IMG/VR virus record: IMGVR_UViG_3300042890_005066
Location: 1,777 to 65,776 of that record
From: a virus
Lineage: Duplodnaviria; Caudoviricetes
Reading direction: 5' to 3' (one strand)
Length of the DNA: 64,000 bases
The position numbers and the translations under genes are program-made. The notes beneath the pieces are model-generated. The model was not told the origin of the DNA. It was given only the letters and a program-made list of their open reading frames with translations, and did not search any database. Of this stretch, positions 1 to 9,550 are shown one piece after another (position 1 is the first letter of the stretch; every line of letters begins with the position of its first letter).

Positions 1-15
1 GCTCTGGCAATAAAA

Positions 16-804
16 TCATTGGTCAATGTTGAACTTATCATAGTATGAACTCAAAAAAGGACCTAGTATCTTGTGCGGGTGAGTACTAATTTTATTTAGC
101 GTGGGTCGGATAGCATGTAACCCATTAAGCCCCCAAGCAGCATCCTTCGACTCAGCACAAGCATTGTCAATGTTACCAAAATCATGATCACAGCCGCTTA
201 ATCCAAGATAATCATCAATTCTATTCATGGTCTCTAACGGAGAACCAGTAATCTCGTCATAAGACATCAATAAAATATTGCTACGATGATTGCTCAAACC
301 ATGAACAAGACTATTATAAGGATCAGAAATATAATTTTCCCACAAGCATTTAGCTCTAGCTTCAGTAGTGATAGGTATGCGCTTCTGCATAAGATGATTG
401 TCGACAAAATTGTCACCCTTTTGCTGATTCATAAGGACAATATACGACGTAATAACCTCGCTAATCGGCCTATAAGTGCACATTATTTTAGGAGAAGGAG
501 TTATGCACTTGGTGGCAGGCCAAACATTCCTGGGCCAACCCCTGTGCTTATCAATGATAACTGATTCATTATACTGACCATAATAAGTCTCGACGATAGC
601 TTTATAAATGTCAGTATCAATAGCCTCATTAAAAGTATAACAGACATTCAACCTATTGAAAGCTTCATTCGTAAAACACAATAAATCTAGCACCGGACTA
701 GTTGGAGTCACGTACACATCTCTTTGCTGGGCTAAAAGAGAACCAAGCAAAGTCGAACCACTTCTTGGCAAACCAGATAGGAAATGAATAGTTTTTACAG
801 ACAT
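16..804 (-). CDS. sulfotransferase family protein
   Basis: N-terminal PAPS-binding loop FLSGLPRSGSTLL; IIDKH; RPISEVITSY resembles the 3'-PB motif; YDEI near C-terminus. Confidence 0.85.
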   Translation of the reverse strand: MSVKTIHFLSGLPRSGSTLLGSLLAQQRDVYVTPTSPVLDLLCFTNEAFNRLNVCYTFNEAIDTDIYKAIVETYYGQYNESVIIDKHRGWPRNVWPATKCITPSPKIMCTYRPISEVITSYIVLMNQQKGDNFVDNHLMQKRIPITTEARAKCLWENYISDPYNSLVHGLSNHRSNILLMSYDEITGSPLETMNRIDDYLGLSGCDHDFGNIDNACAESKDAAWGLNGLHAIRPTLNKISTHPHKILGPFLSSYYDKFNIDQ

Positions 805-1502
805 CTATTATTCACCTTCATCATATGTGGATCGTTATATTTCTCAGTCTTTTCAGGGCTAGTAGACTCACCAGCCATATCAACCGCAAAAATCCCATGT
901 TGCACTATTGGGAATACATCTATCCTTAGCAACACATCAATACTAGTCACAATACCAAACTTAATAACATGAGTCAACAACTGCCTAGCTATCATAGGAT
1001 CAACAGCATAAGCGTGTGCCCTGAGCATGAACCTATAATTAGGATTTAATTGCCCATGGATAGGAATCAAGCCCCAATACTTATTCTCGACCTGCTCAAT
1101 ACTGCCGAGATACACAATGTTATTAATAGCATTATGATGAGTATAAGGCTGAACCATCACAGCGTCATGCTCAAGAATCACTATAGGCTGATCAATCTCA
1201 ACACACCTAGCCCATAAAGACAAATGGCTTAAAACTACAGACACCTCAGTCACAGCAAGTGCTGGGTTAATCTGCTTAATCCATTTCAAATATTGTCTGT
1301 CTTTAGAATGCTCAGGTATTAATATCTCGCCTTTAGTGCCATCAAAAGCATCGTATACCACATAATTCATGCCTACTTCTTTACAAGAATCTTGGCATCT
1401 TTGAGACATGGTTTCGGATAACTCATGCCCCTTCAATGTGATGATGTAAGCTGATTCTACTTCAGTGTTATACTTATATGAAAGCGATTCTTTGAGTATC
1501 AT
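795..1502 (-). CDS. glycosyltransferase family 25-like
   Basis: AYIITL, FDG, EVSVVLSHLSLW, IVILEHDA, AHAYAV, IDV pattern of GT25/LgtB-type enzymes. Confidence 0.7.
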   Translation of the reverse strand: MILKESLSYKYNTEVESAYIITLKGHELSETMSQRCQDSCKEVGMNYVVYDAFDGTKGEILIPEHSKDRQYLKWIKQINPALAVTEVSVVLSHLSLWARCVEIDQPIVILEHDAVMVQPYTHHNAINNIVYLGSIEQVENKYWGLIPIHGQLNPNYRFMLRAHAYAVDPMIARQLLTHVIKFGIVTSIDVLLRIDVFPIVQHGIFAVDMAGESTSPEKTEKYNDPHMMKVNNRCL

Positions 1503-2173
1503 TTATTAGGCTCATATAACTCTGGGATTGTGGTCTTACCCGACAGATCTTGTGCGAAAAGTCCATGCTGAACTATTGGGAAAATATCAGCCCTAATCAT
1601 ACAATCGACAGGAGTCGTTATCCCGTACTTGATCAAATGGGAGAGCAGATTTCTAGCCACCATAGGATCGACAGCGTAAGCGTGAGTTTTATAGATATAT
1701 CGAAAATCTGGCGATATCTGAGCATGAATTGGTATCAATCCGCAATAATTGTTTCTTACCTGCACATTACTACCAAGATACACAATATTATTTAGAGCAT
1801 TATGATGAGTGTACTTTTGAAGCATCACAGCATCATGTTCTAATATGATAATGGGACGATCTATTTCTACACACTTGCACCACAGAGAATAGTGACTTAG
1901 AAGACAGCATACCTCTGGTGGCGTGAGAGTAAAATTGACCATCTTTAACAATTTCAGATAGTCTTTATCTTTGGAGTGGTCAGGGACAATAATTCTTCCT
2001 GATGTCCCGTCGAATGCATCATATATCTGTGCTGATTGACCGACGTCTATGCATGATTCTATACATCTTTGGGCCATTGCTTCTGATTCAGCGTGACCTT
2101 TAAGTGTTATAATGTACGCCGATTCGACTTCCAGGTTATAGTGATAGCTCAGACCTTCGAATACTTCATCCAT
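1499..2173 (-). CDS. glycosyltransferase family 25-like (tandem paralog)
   Basis: Collinear, highly similar to 795..1502 (EVCCLLSHYSLW, IIILEHDA, THAYAVDP). Confidence 0.7.
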   Translation of the reverse strand: MDEVFEGLSYHYNLEVESAYIITLKGHAESEAMAQRCIESCIDVGQSAQIYDAFDGTSGRIIVPDHSKDKDYLKLLKMVNFTLTPPEVCCLLSHYSLWCKCVEIDRPIIILEHDAVMLQKYTHHNALNNIVYLGSNVQVRNNYCGLIPIHAQISPDFRYIYKTHAYAVDPMVARNLLSHLIKYGITTPVDCMIRADIFPIVQHGLFAQDLSGKTTIPELYEPNK

Positions 2174-3635
2174 TTAGTATCTCTTTTAATTTGGCTATTG
2201 GTTCATCCCATACTCTTGGGCGTTCCTGTCTCAGTAGTGTCACGTTGTCACCATACCATGGGCTCTGGTCTCCTGAGTGGGACCAAACATAGTATGCCGA
2301 GATCGGCACTAGTACTATTACTTTTTTGCCCATTGACGCGGCAGCATGAGCTATCGATGTGCAGGATGTAATCACGACGTCTAAGTTGGCTAGCGCACCG
2401 AACAGGTCTTCAATGGTTTCAAGATCACCACTTAGGTCTGATATGCCTGGGAAGTCTTGTAGTTCTTCTAGGCCATGGTCTCTTTGGAGGCTGTAATAAT
2501 AGTGATTTGGGTTTTTACCTATCGCTTCGTAAAGCTGCTTGACTGGGTATGATCTGTGCAGGTCATGGTCATATGCTGGATTACCTTGCCATCTGATGCC
2601 TATTTTCAGTCGTTTTGGTAATTCTTCTGGTAATGGTTCAAATCCTGAATAGTATGTCAGGTAGTTCCATGCGTAGTCTTCTAATTTTTTAGACCATTTT
2701 TCTACGAAGTCTTCATCAGCTTTCAAGTATGGTCCGTACCAGAGGTCTTCGTATTGCAAGTCTAGATAAATTGGTAGATGCATAGAATACGTCCATTGTA
2801 CTCCTGGTATTTTCCTTACTTCTGTTAGGTCGTTGATGACGGTGAAGCCGTTGTTTTGGAATAGTTCGGTTAAGCCTTTTCGTTCATCGTTGGTGGCTTT
2901 TCCATGCCATTTGGCATACCAGTATGGTGTTATGCCGCGATCTTTAAGATGCTTCATGAATCTGATATTGATTATTTCATCACCGATTCCTGCTTCTGCG
3001 TAGATTATCAAATGTTTAACATCTGGAGAGCCTTGCCAGAATGGCAGGTCTAATTCTTGGTTTCTGTTGAATATTGTTTCGGTATTCCATAGTTTCATTT
3101 TGGCACCGTCTAATATGAAGTGCCTCAGTCCTTCTTGGAATTTATCTCTGTATAGGTAATAAGTCCCTAGGTTAAAGTTGATTTTTATTCTTGTCTGTTC
3201 GGATATGTCTTTGCTTTCTAGCGCTTTGTGTAGTATTTCTTCTGCTTCTGGTTTTCTGTTTAATAGGTATAGTGAGTATGCTTTTTCGAGTTGCACGTCT
3301 GCGTCTTGTGGCATGATGCGTTCGTTGCATTTAATATATGTGAGTGCTTTTTCTGGTTGGTTTGCGTGGTTGTAGACGTTTATTAGGTTGTTTCGTGTGA
3401 TATAGGTATGTTGTGGGCTTGGTGCCACTACGAGTGCCTTTTCGCCATATTTAATGGCTTCCATATAGTTCTTGAGCTTGAAGTAGCATTTTGATATATT
3501 GTCGTATTGTGGGAAGTGCCCGGCATGTTTGGCGAATGTTTCTAGGATTTGGAAGGATAGGTCTGTCCTTCCAAATTTTTCCAACATGTATGTGATCGGC
3601 TCGAGGTCGTCTACGCCTTTTGGTTGTTCATCCAT
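2166..3635 (-). CDS. TPR-repeat protein with C-terminal GT9/GT-B-like domain
   Basis: Helical TPR-like N-terminus; AEAGIGDEI, IGIRWQGNP, DVVITSCTSIAHAAASMGK, SPWY typical of TPR+glycosyltransferase proteins. Confidence 0.75.
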   Translation of the reverse strand: MDEQPKGVDDLEPITYMLEKFGRTDLSFQILETFAKHAGHFPQYDNISKCYFKLKNYMEAIKYGEKALVVAPSPQHTYITRNNLINVYNHANQPEKALTYIKCNERIMPQDADVQLEKAYSLYLLNRKPEAEEILHKALESKDISEQTRIKINFNLGTYYLYRDKFQEGLRHFILDGAKMKLWNTETIFNRNQELDLPFWQGSPDVKHLIIYAEAGIGDEIINIRFMKHLKDRGITPYWYAKWHGKATNDERKGLTELFQNNGFTVINDLTEVRKIPGVQWTYSMHLPIYLDLQYEDLWYGPYLKADEDFVEKWSKKLEDYAWNYLTYYSGFEPLPEELPKRLKIGIRWQGNPAYDHDLHRSYPVKQLYEAIGKNPNHYYYSLQRDHGLEELQDFPGISDLSGDLETIEDLFGALANLDVVITSCTSIAHAAASMGKKVIVLVPISAYYVWSHSGDQSPWYGDNVTLLRQERPRVWDEPIAKLKEILNG

Positions 3636-4176
3636 TTTTCACCACCAGTAGTTTTATGAAGACGTCTTTGTATACGTTATTAAACCGTTTGCTGAGTGTA
3701 TCGAGCTCTTCGTATTTGCCTTCTGTGGCGAGGTGTTGGAAGTCATCGTCGACTGAGTATGAGTAGTCTGCTACTTCGAAGTCTACATTTAATCTGGGGG
3801 CGAAGCCGCTGCTACTTTCGTGGTGTTCTTTATGCCACTCACAGTATTTCTTGCTGAATTGTCTTAGCATGTTGACTGTTATTGGGCGTCTGTGGGTTGG
3901 GTCGCCGTAGTAGTTTTCGTGTCTGTGGTGTGGTACTGCTATGTCGATTATTGCACTGTCTTGGCAGACTCTATATAATTCTTTAATGACGTGGAAGAAG
4001 CCTTCTCCTATATGTTCTAGGATGTGGTGGGCTCTTATTTCTTCTATGCTGTTGTCTTCGAATGGCCAGGTTTCTGTTTCGAGGTTGAAGCAGTAGTCTG
4101 GTTGTGTTAATGGGTCGTGGTCTACGTTTTGGTAACCGTCTAGTCTTTTGTAGCCGCCGCCTATGTTTAGCTTCAT
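3628..4176 (-). CDS. class I SAM-dependent methyltransferase
   Basis: KLNIGGG motif I, WPFEDNS, HILEHI, ELYRV, DPTH. Confidence 0.75.
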   Translation of the reverse strand: MKLNIGGGYKRLDGYQNVDHDPLTQPDYCFNLETETWPFEDNSIEEIRAHHILEHIGEGFFHVIKELYRVCQDSAIIDIAVPHHRHENYYGDPTHRRPITVNMLRQFSKKYCEWHKEHHESSSGFAPRLNVDFEVADYSYSVDDDFQHLATEGKYEELDTLSKRFNNVYKDVFIKLLVVKNG

Positions 4177-4574
4177 CGTTTTTCCTGTATGAAGTCTTCT
4201 GGGCCGTATAGTTCTATTGTTTTATTGTATCGCATGATTATATACTGGGTGTTGTGTTTGTGTGCGAAATCAGTTAGTTCTGATATGGCTTGTGGGTTGA
4301 CGTTATTTGTTATTTCTATGGCTCTTAGGAATTGTCCTTTTGTCCATTTTTCTACTGAGATCATGAGTCCTGATTGGTCTGGTCTCATCCATTCTGGGAA
4401 TAGTTCTTGGGTCCATGCGCATTGGTAGTTTTTGCAGACTTCGGGTCTTGCGTTGTATATGAGGCATCCTGAGCATTGGAATGGGCATTTATTGTTTAAT
4501 ATGGTTAGGCCATATACATTTAGCTTTAGGTGGCCGTCGCAACAGGCTGTGCATTCAGAGCAAGGTCGCATCAT
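4173..4574 (-). CDS. YkgJ-like Cys-cluster (CxxCxxCC) protein
   Basis: CSECTACC, CPF, CLIYNARPEVCKNYQC; start reassigned to ATG 4574 overlapping the upstream TGA (ATGA coupling). Confidence 0.65.
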   Translation of the reverse strand: MMRPCSECTACCDGHLKLNVYGLTILNNKCPFQCSGCLIYNARPEVCKNYQCAWTQELFPEWMRPDQSGLMISVEKWTKGQFLRAIEITNNVNPQAISELTDFAHKHNTQYIIMRYNKTIELYGPEDFIQEKR

Positions 4575-5752
4575 GTATCGCTGCTTAGTATTAATAAGCT
4601 TATTGAATTGCCACCGTCGATTGATTTCCATTTTGATTGAGATATTGCTTGAATTGGTGAACTGCACCCTGTTGTGCTATTATTACCGAATTGTCCAGAA
4701 CCATTATCACCCCAAAAATATACAGTGCCGTTTTTTTTAATAGCGATTGTGTGGTAATACCCACAGGACACAGCATACCAATCAGTCCCGCCAGCTACTG
4801 TTTGGACGGGTGACGAACGGTTTATTGTGCTGTTATCGCCGAGTTGCCCATTGCTGTTTAAGCCCCAACACCATAAAGTACCATCGTATTTCACTGCAGC
4901 GGTGTGGTGATATAAGGTTGATACTTGTTTCCAATTAGAGCCGATAGTTTGGACAGGCGATGATCTATCAGTTGAAGTACCATCGCCAAGTGTGCCAAGA
5001 CTATTATAGCCCCACATCCATAATGTACCATTAGTCTTGATAGCGGCAGTATGTGCTCTCCCGCATTCTGCTTGATCCCAATTGTAACTAACTGTTATTT
5101 CTTGATGCACACGAGCGTCAAAAAGATTACAATGACCATAGGTTGATCCCTCGCCTAATTGCCCACTACTATTGAGCCCCCATGACCATAACGACCCATC
5201 AGTTTTAATAGCTGCAGAATGTGCATACCCGCAGGATACTTTTGACCAATTAGTAGCAGCGCTTATGTTGGGCATTGGCGAAATATAAGATTCAGTATTT
5301 GTGTCACGAAACCCAAGCCTGCAATCACCGCTAAATCCCCAACAGTATATTGTTCCGTCAGTCTTAACTGCAGCCGCGTGAAAATTCCCAGCTGAAACGC
5401 TTGCCCAAGAGCCTGCACCAAATATCTGAACTGGCGAACTTTTACTGGTACGTGTTCCATCACCAAGTTGACCATTTGTGCCTATACCCCATAACCATAA
5501 GGTGCCATCTGATTTAATAGCAGCTGAAAATCCACCGCCTCCCGTGGAAGCTTTAGCCCAGCTTGCGCCACCAGCTATGGTCTGGACAGGGGAGGATCTT
5601 GATGTTGTGGTATTGTCTCCGAGTCGTCCGGAACCGTTGGACCCAATAGCAAATAAAATACCAGAGCTATTAAGCATGTAGTACTTTTCCATATACACGT
5701 CGCTTAGGTCGACAGTCGCGTTATTGTAATTGAACTTGTAACCACTTGCCAT
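4571..5752 (-). CDS. RCC1-repeat beta-propeller protein (MASG-type N-terminus)
   Basis: About 7 repeats AAIKxDGTLWxWGxNxxGQLGDxT..SSPVQ. Confidence 0.9.
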   Translation of the reverse strand: MASGYKFNYNNATVDLSDVYMEKYYMLNSSGILFAIGSNGSGRLGDNTTTSRSSPVQTIAGGASWAKASTGGGGFSAAIKSDGTLWLWGIGTNGQLGDGTRTSKSSPVQIFGAGSWASVSAGNFHAAAVKTDGTIYCWGFSGDCRLGFRDTNTESYISPMPNISAATNWSKVSCGYAHSAAIKTDGSLWSWGLNSSGQLGEGSTYGHCNLFDARVHQEITVSYNWDQAECGRAHTAAIKTNGTLWMWGYNSLGTLGDGTSTDRSSPVQTIGSNWKQVSTLYHHTAAVKYDGTLWCWGLNSNGQLGDNSTINRSSPVQTVAGGTDWYAVSCGYYHTIAIKKNGTVYFWGDNGSGQFGNNSTTGCSSPIQAISQSKWKSIDGGNSISLLILSSDT

Positions 5753-5769
5753 TATCCATTTCTCCCTTA
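5684..5769. repeat. RCC1 gene-start repeat, copy 1 (others at ~6874-6959 and ~48949-49034)
   Basis: Near-identical ~86 bp covering RBS and first ~23 codons (CGTCGCTTAGGTCGA..GTCGCGTTATTGTA..TGAACTTGTA). Confidence 0.9.
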
Positions 5770-5772
5770 TTA

Positions 5773-6942
5773 TTATCCAGCAGCGATTGCAACAGTGTGA
5801 TCAGGACTACCAGACTGAGAAGACGCTGAAACGCTTTCCCAAACTATTCCTGTAACTACCGTCTGGACTGGACTAGATCTAGAAGTACTTGAATTGTCGC
5901 CCAAATTAGCATACTGATTATAACCCCATAACCATAAGCTACCATTGTTTTTAATGGCGGCGGTATAACCACCGCCACACGACAATATTTTCCATGTACT
6001 TCCACCAGCCACAGTCTGAACAGGGGAAGATCTGCCGGTTGTGGTATTATCACCCAATCGCCCATTGCCATTGCCGCCCCATGACCACAAAGTTCCATCA
6101 TTTTTAATAGCGGCACAATGATTAACTCCGACCGAAACGCTACTCCAAGTAGAACCAGCGGCTATGGTCTGAACAGGCGAACTCTTAGTCACTATAGTGT
6201 TATCACCCAATTGGCCGCTAGTTCCCAGGCCCCATAACCACAAAGTACCATCCGTTTTGGTTGCAGCGACAGTCCCTAAGCCAACCGAAACACTTCTCCA
6301 AGTAGAACCACCGGTTATAGTCTGAACAGGAGAACTTCTGTTGACTATCGTATTATCACCGAGTTCACCACTACTATTCAAACCCCAAGCCCAAAGTGTT
6401 CCGTCAGATTTAATTGCAGCAGTCACTTTATAGCCGCATGATACTTGTACCCAATTAGTACCACCAATTACAGTCTGAATGGGCGATGAATAATTTCCAG
6501 CTGTTACACCAAGTTGGCCAGAAGCGCCAGAACCCCACAGCCATAATGTACCATCAGTTTTTATAGAAGCAGCATGTATTTCGCCAGCAGAGACTTTATC
6601 CCAAGTATTGCCACCAGCTATAGTTTGTATAGGTGAACTTTTACTATTGGTCGTGCCGTCACCGAGTCCCCCAAGGAAATTTGCGCCCCAGCCCCACAGT
6701 GTACCATCAGTTTTAATAGCTAAAGTATAGCTATTACCGCTTGAAGCTTGTTTCCAATTCAACCCGCCTGTTACAGTTTGGACCGGCGAAGATTTAGAAA
6801 CAACTGTATTGTCGCCCATTGCGCCAGAGCCACCGTTACCCCATGACCATAGTAAATTATCACCGAAATACTGCTTTTCCACGTATACGTCGCTTAGGTC
6901 GATTGTCGCGTTATTGTAATTGAACTTGTAGCCACTCGCCAT
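5773..6942 (-). CDS. RCC1-repeat beta-propeller protein (MASG-type N-terminus)
   Basis: Same repeat; N-terminus MASGYKFNYNNAT shared with 4571..5752. Confidence 0.9.
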   Translation of the reverse strand: MASGYKFNYNNATIDLSDVYVEKQYFGDNLLWSWGNGGSGAMGDNTVVSKSSPVQTVTGGLNWKQASSGNSYTLAIKTDGTLWGWGANFLGGLGDGTTNSKSSPIQTIAGGNTWDKVSAGEIHAASIKTDGTLWLWGSGASGQLGVTAGNYSSPIQTVIGGTNWVQVSCGYKVTAAIKSDGTLWAWGLNSSGELGDNTIVNRSSPVQTITGGSTWRSVSVGLGTVAATKTDGTLWLWGLGTSGQLGDNTIVTKSSPVQTIAAGSTWSSVSVGVNHCAAIKNDGTLWSWGGNGNGRLGDNTTTGRSSPVQTVAGGSTWKILSCGGGYTAAIKNNGSLWLWGYNQYANLGDNSSTSRSSPVQTVVTGIVWESVSASSQSGSPDHTVAIAAG

Positions 6943-6956
6943 TATTCATTTCTCCC

Positions 6957-8186
6957 TTAATAATTACCATCAGCAATAGCAGCAGTAAAGCCAATACCGC
7001 CTGCAACTAGTTTCCAAGTAGTCCCACCAGCAATAGTCTGAACCGGCGACGATCTACTTCCTGTTGTATTATTACCAAGCTGGCCAAAAGCGTTAAAACC
7101 CCACAACCATAACGCACCATCAGATTTAACACAAGCAGTGTGCGCACTACCACACGAAACATTTTTCCAATTTGTCCCACCAGCAATAGTCTGAACCGGC
7201 GACGATCTACTTGTTACTGTATTATTACCAAGCTGGCCAAAAGCGTTAAAACCCCACAACCACAATGTACCATCAGTCTTAACAGCAGCAGTATGACTTT
7301 GGCCACACGCAACTTGTTTCCAATTTGTCCCACCAGCTATAGTCTGAACAGGTGAAGATCTCTTTGCTGTTGTGTTATTGCCAAGTTCGCCACTAATGTT
7401 ATTACCCCCCCACAACCATAATGTACCATCAGTTTTAACACAAGCAACATGGCCATAACCACATGATACTTGTTTCCAATTTGCCCCCCCTGTAATAGTC
7501 TGAACAGGGGAAGATTTATGCACTGTTGTATTATCACCAAGTTGACCATAACTGTTACAACCCCACAACCATAATGTACCATCAGATTTAACACCAGCAG
7601 AAAAACCCACAAACGAGCTAGATGCGGATACTTGCGTCCAATTTGCCCCACCAGTTATAGTCTGGACCGGCGACGATTTAGCCCCTGTATTACCTATACC
7701 AAGTTCACCATAGGCATTTCTGCCCCACAACCATAACGTACCGTCAGTCTTAACACCAGCAGTATGAAAATATCCGCACGCAACTTGTTTCCAATTTGTC
7801 CCCCCAGTAATTGTCTGAACAGGGGAAGATCTATCCACTATTGTATTATCGCCAAGCTGACCAGAGTAACTATTGCCACCCCACATCCATAATGTACCAT
7901 CAGTTTTAACACAAGCTGTGTGCTGATAACCACATGCAGCTTGGCTCCAATTTGCCCCACCAGTGATTGTCTGGGCCGGTGACGACCTATTCACTACTGT
8001 ATTATTACCAAGTTGACCAGAACTATTGCTACCCCACATCCACAATGCTGGGGTCTTCACACCCGGTATTAAATTAGGGTAAACATCTATGATATAATCC
8101 TTTAAAACCCAACCAGTCGCCCCAAAATCAGTATTTAACATCTGATCTCTAAAGCCAGTGACTATTGTCCGATCGACAACTGTCAT
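6957..8186 (-). CDS. RCC1-repeat beta-propeller protein
   Basis: Very regular ~51-aa RCC1 repeats; leader KDYIIDVYPNL.PGVKTPALWMWG. Confidence 0.9.
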   Translation of the reverse strand: MTVVDRTIVTGFRDQMLNTDFGATGWVLKDYIIDVYPNLIPGVKTPALWMWGSNSSGQLGNNTVVNRSSPAQTITGGANWSQAACGYQHTACVKTDGTLWMWGGNSYSGQLGDNTIVDRSSPVQTITGGTNWKQVACGYFHTAGVKTDGTLWLWGRNAYGELGIGNTGAKSSPVQTITGGANWTQVSASSSFVGFSAGVKSDGTLWLWGCNSYGQLGDNTTVHKSSPVQTITGGANWKQVSCGYGHVACVKTDGTLWLWGGNNISGELGNNTTAKRSSPVQTIAGGTNWKQVACGQSHTAAVKTDGTLWLWGFNAFGQLGNNTVTSRSSPVQTIAGGTNWKNVSCGSAHTACVKSDGALWLWGFNAFGQLGNNTTGSRSSPVQTIAGGTTWKLVAGGIGFTAAIADGNY

Positions 8187-8187
8187 A

Positions 8188-8877
8188 TCACTTCTCCTTA
8201 GATATCACGACAACAGCGTCAATATCATCTAAAGTAGAGCAAGCATCAATCTCATTAACCTTAGCTAACTCCCAATCAAAAGCAGACTGAACACTCTTAT
8301 CAACCTGCGAAAGAATATACTCAATATCAGCCCTATTCAAATTCACCCAACCATCCTGCAACTTCCAATTTATAAACTCATCACCCAAAGGAGGCAGCTT
8401 AGAAGCCAGTAAAGACCTGGTTGCCTTGTCAGTCCTAATAGTGACAGAACGACCGACAGGTAGAAAATCGACACCAACTGTCAAACTATCAGGCACATAA
8501 GACGGAGGAGAAAAAGGCAGAGACAGAGTTAAATCAACATTCTCCTTGTTATAACGCTCAACAGCCACCTCTTGCTTCAAATTACCCTTTGCGATATCAA
8601 TATTAAGAGGACTGGTATAATAAGTCGCGATCACTCTATCCTCTTGAATATCCCATAATGGACCATCAAGATATTGGGTTCTAGGATTGCAATCCTGCCT
8701 GATTTCTATGAGTGGTAATATTCTAGTACGGAGATCAAGAGAAAATGGTACTCTGTCCTGGTCAGACATCATCACCATACCCGCTACACCAAGGTCACGC
8801 AATTCAGAATTAATACGCCCAAGATACCATTTATCAAAGGTTATGGAAATCTGATTCATATAGACAAGAGCATACAT
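8188..8877 (-). CDS. fibre accessory protein (DUF4376-like C-terminus)
   Basis: RYNKE, INWK, VQSAFDWE, IDACSTLDDIDAV pattern; paralog of 50255..50956. Confidence 0.55.
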   Translation of the reverse strand: MYALVYMNQISITFDKWYLGRINSELRDLGVAGMVMMSDQDRVPFSLDLRTRILPLIEIRQDCNPRTQYLDGPLWDIQEDRVIATYYTSPLNIDIAKGNLKQEVAVERYNKENVDLTLSLPFSPPSYVPDSLTVGVDFLPVGRSVTIRTDKATRSLLASKLPPLGDEFINWKLQDGWVNLNRADIEYILSQVDKSVQSAFDWELAKVNEIDACSTLDDIDAVVVISKEK

Positions 8878-8880
8878 TTT

Positions 8881-9513
8881 TTAGACTCCTATCTCTTTAA
8901 GATCTAAAGCCACCAGAACAGCGTCAAGATCACAGACACTACCAGTAGCAAAACCGACCATATTAGAATAAACAGCAGTCGAAGTCTCAGCATCACATCT
9001 TACATAGAACAGCGTTTGTACACCACTACTCTGAGTACCGCCAAATAGCTCAAGAGCCAAGAGTTGTGCTTTGGCATCTTCTGTAATAGAGACTACTGCG
9101 CCATAGTGTGTTGCTGGTTCCACGCCGGACCCTGATAATGGTATGTCAAAGCTATTGCCGGGTGCTATAACAGCAGCCATCGAGTTGTATTGGTCTTTAG
9201 CTGGCTCTAAGCAGACCATATAATAGAGGTATGGTGTCGAGCTTTGGCCATCTGCGACTGTGACGTTGCCTGCGGTTGCTTCTATTGCCGTAGCTGCGTC
9301 TTGTTTTGCTTTTTCTATTTCGTATAGCTTAACGTGTTGTGTTATAAACCCACGGATCACGCTATTTGCAAAAACAGCTTTGCTTTGCGGATTCGGGATG
9401 GTTCCTGTACCGTTTGGGTTGGGTACTGTGTTTTGGTAGCTGAAGTTAGCAGCGATTGCATCAAATACTCTATCTGAGTCGATGTCTGCTATATAAATTG
9501 AAAGCGTTGCCAT
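8881..9513 (-). CDS. hypothetical fibre-cassette protein
   Basis: Full-length paralog of 52231..52827 (MA.LS.YI...D.DRV, HVK..EI, YVRCD, LVAL.L.EIG). Confidence 0.7.
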   Translation of the reverse strand: MATLSIYIADIDSDRVFDAIAANFSYQNTVPNPNGTGTIPNPQSKAVFANSVIRGFITQHVKLYEIEKAKQDAATAIEATAGNVTVADGQSSTPYLYYMVCLEPAKDQYNSMAAVIAPGNSFDIPLSGSGVEPATHYGAVVSITEDAKAQLLALELFGGTQSSGVQTLFYVRCDAETSTAVYSNMVGFATGSVCDLDAVLVALDLKEIGV

Positions 9514-9550
9514 GAGTAGCTATTCTCCATTTCCTATTATAGATTTGAGA

